DNA from: an uncultured delta proteobacterium
GTDB lineage: Bacteria; Desulfobacterota; Desulfobacteria; Desulfobacterales; JAFDCJ01
Direction: 5' to 3'
DNA: 64,000 bases
NCBI GenBank assembly: GCA_963769935.1
Contig: CAVYNY010000032.1
Coordinates: forward strand, 64,001 to 128,000
Shown: in pieces, positions 60,024 through 64,000 of the stretch
Layout of the letters: every line of letters starts with the position of its first letter
Position numbering within the stretch: position 1 is the stretch's first letter
Translations under genes and position numbers: made by a program
Notes under the pieces: generated by a model
What the model was told of the DNA's origin: nothing
Seen by the model: only the letters and a program-made list of their open reading frames with translations
Database searches by the model: none

Positions 60024-61802
60024 CTATTCAACGATTACCCCCAATGTTTTGCCGTTTTTTAGATTTACCAGACCTTCTTCGCAGATTCTCAGGTAAGGGA
60101 TTGCCGCTCCGGTTAAGGTAATTAAGGTCAGAATGGGGTCGGGGAAGGGTACCCCCAGCTGCGAGATCTCTTTTTTAATTTCCTGCAGTCTTGCGGCAAT
60201 GGTCTCGATCGGCAAATCCGACATGATTCCGAAAACCGGCAGGGGCAGCTCCGCCAGAATCTTTTGATTTTTACAAACAACCGCGCCGCCCTTAAGTTCG
60301 CGGATGCGGTTGACGGCCGCGGCCATGTCGCCATCATCGGCTCCGGCGACAACAATGTCCGAGGAATCCCAGCCGGCGCTGCAGGCCATGGCACCGGCTT
60401 TCAGGCCGAACCCCTTGATCAGGGCGACCGTCATTTGGCCGGGATTGTGGGTTCGGTCGAGGGCCGCGACCTTGATCACATCCTGGCCGATATCGGGCTT
60501 GAGCTCTCGTTCCGTTACGGGCCAGGGCAGCACCAATTCGGCGGTCACCAGATCGGTTACCATGTTGATGATCCGCACCTTGACCGTTGCGGTATCCTGA
60601 TCGGCGCGGATGACAAAGTCCGACGGCCTCATCATTCGCGGCAGCCTGACACTGTTCAGGCTTTCCCGGGTGAAGGTGTGGCGGCGCGGGGCGGCTGTAA
60701 GTTGGCCGTCCCGGGCGATTACTTTGCCGCTGCTGATGACCAGCCGGGCATCGATGGTTTTGATGTCCGGAATCATCACCATATCGGCAAACCGACCGGG
60801 TGCAATGCCTCCAATGAAGGCATCCAGGGAAAAGTGTTCGGCCACATTCAGGGTTGCCATTTGCACGGCGGCTATGGGGTCGAAACCGTAGTCGATCGCT
60901 TTCCGGAGCACAAACTCCATGTAGCCTTTTTCAATAAGGTCGCCCGGCGCCACCCCGTCGGTGGCAAGAATCAGGCGCCGCAAATCGATGCCGCGATCTT
61001 TTATGCTGGCAATTTCCGCCAGGTCCCGCCGAATGCTGCCTTCGCGAACCAGGATGTGCAGCCCCAGACGCAACCGCTCCAGGACCTGCGCGGCATTGAT
61101 CGGTTCATGGCAGGAGGTAATCCCGCCGGCCACATAGGCGGCCAGTTTTTTATCGCCGGCGCCGGCCGAGTGCCCCTCCAGGGTTTTGCCGGCCAGCAGG
61201 GTTTGTTCGTACTGCGGCAATATATCGGCGGGATACTGCAGGATCGACTGCCAGTAGCTTTCTCCCAGCCCGATGATATCGTCTCTTGCCAGCAGCAGCG
61301 CCAGGTCCTGCTGCGGGATGCCGCGGACGGCGCTGCTGATGGACACCATGGCCGGGGCGGTCGCCAGAATTTTAATGGGCTGATCCTGCAGCGACGCCAG
61401 AAAGTCGACCACGCCGGCATAACCGCAAACAGGGTAGGGCTCCAGGGTTTCCGTGACAACCGTCGTGGTGCCGCCGGCCGCCGCATATTTTAAAAATTCG
61501 GCTGCGGTAAACATCTGGGCAATATGGGTATGGCCGTCGATCAGGCCGGGAATAAGGGTCCGGCCGGCGGCATCGATGACTTCCGTATCGGGACCGACGG
61601 CGTCACCGGCGTTTTTACCCACGTAGGCAATCCATTTGCCCTTGACGGTGATTGCCCGATCCTCCAGCAGCTCCCCCGTGTAAACATTGACAAGTTTGGC
61701 GTTTATGATTGCCAGATCGGCCTGCTCTTCTCCTAAGGCTACTCTTATCAATTGCTGAATTTCTTCCGCCGTTTTGGGTTTCAGAGTTCCGGTCTTCGCC
61801 AT
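60024..61802 (-). CDS. ade: Adenine deaminase
   Basis: ADLAIINAKLVNVYTGE, PGLIDGHTH, EGHS, SCHEP, VREGS, TDG, MATLNVAEHF, GIAPGRFAD, LPLPVFGIMS. Confidence 0.88.
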   Translation of the reverse strand: MAKTGTLKPKTAEEIQQLIRVALGEEQADLAIINAKLVNVYTGELLEDRAITVKGKWIAYVGKNAGDAVGPDTEVIDAAGRTLIPGLIDGHTHIAQMFTAAEFLKYAAAGGTTTVVTETLEPYPVCGYAGVVDFLASLQDQPIKILATAPAMVSISSAVRGIPQQDLALLLARDDIIGLGESYWQSILQYPADILPQYEQTLLAGKTLEGHSAGAGDKKLAAYVAGGITSCHEPINAAQVLERLRLGLHILVREGSIRRDLAEIASIKDRGIDLRRLILATDGVAPGDLIEKGYMEFVLRKAIDYGFDPIAAVQMATLNVAEHFSLDAFIGGIAPGRFADMVMIPDIKTIDARLVISSGKVIARDGQLTAAPRRHTFTRESLNSVRLPRMMRPSDFVIRADQDTATVKVRIINMVTDLVTAELVLPWPVTERELKPDIGQDVIKVAALDRTHNPGQMTVALIKGFGLKAGAMACSAGWDSSDIVVAGADDGDMAAAVNRIRELKGGAVVCKNQKILAELPLPVFGIMSDLPIETIAARLQEIKKEISQLGVPFPDPILTLITLTGAAIPYLRICEEGLVNLKNGKTLGVIVE

Positions 61803-61842
61803 TTTGGTGGTATTTCCCTTCTGTAATTATTCGAAGATAAAT

Positions 61843-61994
61843 GAATGGATTCGATTTTATAAAAAGAAATATTAGACAGGATTTACAGGATGGACTTGAT
61901 TTTTTCACGGTTTCCTGATGAAACCGTGGAAACATAAATCCCTAAAATCCTGCTAATCCTGTCTAATTCTAAAATATAAAAAAAGAATCCATTC
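61843..61994. repeat. Triple-nested inverted repeat element
   Basis: Outer gaatggattc/gaatccattc, middle ttagacaggatttacaggat/atcctgctaatcctgtctaa, inner cacggtttc-ctgat-gaaaccgtg. Confidence 0.8.
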
Positions 61995-62068
61995 CTTTCA
62001 ATTTCGTTCTATGTACGATGAACTATCAACTATCAACTCAATAAACTCTATAAACTCAACAAACTCTA

Positions 62069-63271
62069 TCAACATATAAACACTTCAACCGGTACTTTGC
62101 TGATCAACCGCGAGCCAGCCTCAGTAACCACAAAAACACTCTCCACCCCGGCCGTAAATTCGTTTTTATGCACAAACTTGGGCTCCAGGGCCAAGGTCAT
62201 GCCGGGTTCCAATTGATCTTTGCGGTTGCGGGCGATGATGTAGGGTTCGATGATTTCCAGTCCGATGCCGTGGCCGATAAAGGACACCTTGTGCCCCGGC
62301 GCCCCCAGGTAGGCATCCGCCAAGCCGAGCTTTTCAGCCAGCCGGACCGAGTGGTCGAACAATTCCGCCAGGGCTGCGCCCGGTTTGGCCTTTTCAAGAA
62401 TCCGGTCGTGGATCTCGATGGCGGCCCGGCAGGTCTGCATGGCCTTGGCGGGCATGGAGCCAATGGCAAACATGCGGGTTTCATCCAGATGATATCCGTT
62501 TAGGACGGATGCCAGATCCACCATGATCGGCTCGCCGGCACAAAGTTTCTTGTGGCCGGCCCCGGCGGGAAATGCAGCCGATGTGCCCTGGCCGCTGGCC
62601 GGTGAATCCAGCACACCCGGCAGGCTGCCGCTTTGGCCGCTGAGAATATGCCAGGGATAGCCCTCGGTCTGATAGTGCCGCACCCGGATGCGGGCGGCAT
62701 GCCCCAGTTTGCGGGCATAGGTTTCAAACATGCCGGCAAATTCCATTTCCGTCAGTCCCGGCCGGAGGATGTCACGCATGTAGGCATAGGTCTTGCGGGT
62801 CATCTCGGCCGTGCTTTCCATTTGTGCGATTTCCCAGGCGGATTTTATCCTTCTTACCTTTAAAATATGGGGTGAGGCGTCCACGCATTTTTCAGCGTTG
62901 AACAGGCTTTGGTAAAAGTGGAAATCGTTGACCGGCACGACATCCAGTTCGAAGCCCAACACCGCCGGCCGGCGCCCGCAGTGGTCCGCGATCAGCCCCG
63001 GGATTTCTGTGATGGATCCTATTTTGAGGATTTCGGCAATCGAAGATTCGGCTTTAGCCCTGGGAAGATACTGCTTGATGAACAACAGCGGTTCGCCATC
63101 CGCCGGTATATACATGAATCCGTTCTGGGCCGTGCCTGAAAAATAGAACAGGTCGACCCGTTGGACGATGAAGAGCCCTTCGATGTCGTTCTGCCGGAGC
63201 TCCTGCTGGATGCTGAGCGAGCGGACCTTGATTTCAGCTGCCGGGACTTTGAATTGATGGGTGATATCCAT
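62069..63271 (-). CDS. M24 (Xaa-Pro) peptidase family protein
   Basis: DLFYFSGT, RRIKSAWEI, GYHLDETR, GHGIGLEI, LALEPK, GVES. Confidence 0.9.
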   Translation of the reverse strand: MDITHQFKVPAAEIKVRSLSIQQELRQNDIEGLFIVQRVDLFYFSGTAQNGFMYIPADGEPLLFIKQYLPRAKAESSIAEILKIGSITEIPGLIADHCGRRPAVLGFELDVVPVNDFHFYQSLFNAEKCVDASPHILKVRRIKSAWEIAQMESTAEMTRKTYAYMRDILRPGLTEMEFAGMFETYARKLGHAARIRVRHYQTEGYPWHILSGQSGSLPGVLDSPASGQGTSAAFPAGAGHKKLCAGEPIMVDLASVLNGYHLDETRMFAIGSMPAKAMQTCRAAIEIHDRILEKAKPGAALAELFDHSVRLAEKLGLADAYLGAPGHKVSFIGHGIGLEIIEPYIIARNRKDQLEPGMTLALEPKFVHKNEFTAGVESVFVVTEAGSRLISKVPVEVFIC

Positions 63272-63939
63272 GTTTGATCAAAAGATACGTTAAAACTAGT
63301 TAACCGCGAATTGACAGGAATGAACACGAATTATTGCGATAAATAAAAGCAGGGGTACTTATTAGAAAAAATTATATTCTTGAAAATTCGTGTTGATTCG
63401 TGGCTTCTTTCAAACATCTAAGTTGCTGCAGAAATTTTTTACATTCAGATTTTAAAATGTTTTAACACTATCGGGAGAAAATTGAAAAGGAAAAAAGGAA
63501 GTTGCTATCCTATAAATTAACGATTATTTTAGTACAATGCGGCAAAATGAACCTGGCGGTTGCATAAATTACGCTGAATGTATTCATAAAACTACCGGGC
63601 GGGGATTTAGGCAGAACGCTGTGTATATATGTGCAAGGTTTTATGTCCTCTTGTATAGATTAATGCCGCTTGATATGGGTCGATAGTATGGAGCCGAGTA
63701 TTGCGTTTTCTCTTTCACATAGACCTTTTTGATCTATTTCCCTTGAATCTCTTCTGATGAGTAAAGCTGCTTTCCGCACTCAGCTCCATCTTCGTCTTAG
63801 TTGGTGATAAACCCGATCAGCGCTCAAATAAGCGCCGCTTGTATAGAACAGCCCGCCGGGACGGCCGGACAAAAGCCGGTACGGTCTCCGACTGTACATT
63901 CCGTCATATTCGGTCGACCCGCCGGGGGAGGGCTCCACC

Positions 63940-64000
63940 ATGACAATTGACTTGGAGAAAAGAGAATATAAACGCTTTGAATATTTGATGCCGATCGAGT
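63940..64000 (+). CDS. 5' end of a possible PilZ-domain protein (runs off right edge)
   Basis: GGAGGG RBS, then MTIDLEKREYKRFEYLMPIE with an RxxxR motif; only 20 codons visible. Confidence 0.45.
   Translation, partial: MTIDLEKREYKRFEYLMPIE

Overview
This window looks like chromosomal DNA from an anaerobic Desulfobacterota (Desulfobacterales-like) bacterium. That is inferred from the Hdr/Qmo-type genes, the selenocysteine signal and the style of the intergenic repeats. No rRNA, tRNA, CRISPR array or intact transposase was seen. Left to right: (1) 1-8.8 kb, a LacI regulator, a Liv-type ABC transporter and an SDR, divergent from a HisD-family gene that looks like HpsN (possible sulfonate catabolism). 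(2) 9-17.7 kb, acyl-CoA and miscellaneous genes. (3) 17.9-21.9 kb, an HdrA-like / HdrA-MvhD-like / HdrCD-like operon. Its last gene is split in the ORF track only by an in-frame TGA in an E-U-G-H motif followed by a SECIS-like hairpin, so it is a probable 409-aa selenoprotein. (4) 22-30.7 kb, a decaying redox/hydrolase island with a duplicated upstream region, several deletion remnants and a MITE. (5) 30.7-37.4 kb, a peptide ABC operon containing an acetamidase, with a frameshifted last ATPase. (6) 37.7-59.6 kb, the most interesting part: a ~22-kb divergent locus. Its rightward operon encodes large uncharacterised proteins (DUF6603-like 971 aa, 502 aa, 360 aa, 1458 aa, a Kelch protein and a secreted beta-propeller). 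Its leftward arm encodes two signal-bearing tail-fibre-like proteins, a peptidoglycan-binding putative muramidase, a patatin lipoprotein and another lipoprotein. No sheath, tube, baseplate or capsid genes were recognised, so this is a candidate uncharacterised extracellular particle or toxin-delivery system. (7) 59.7-64 kb, adenine deaminase, an M24 peptidase and the start of a probable PilZ gene. Intergenic spaces carry nested palindromic/heptamer repeat elements. All family calls come from motif recognition by eye, not from database searches.
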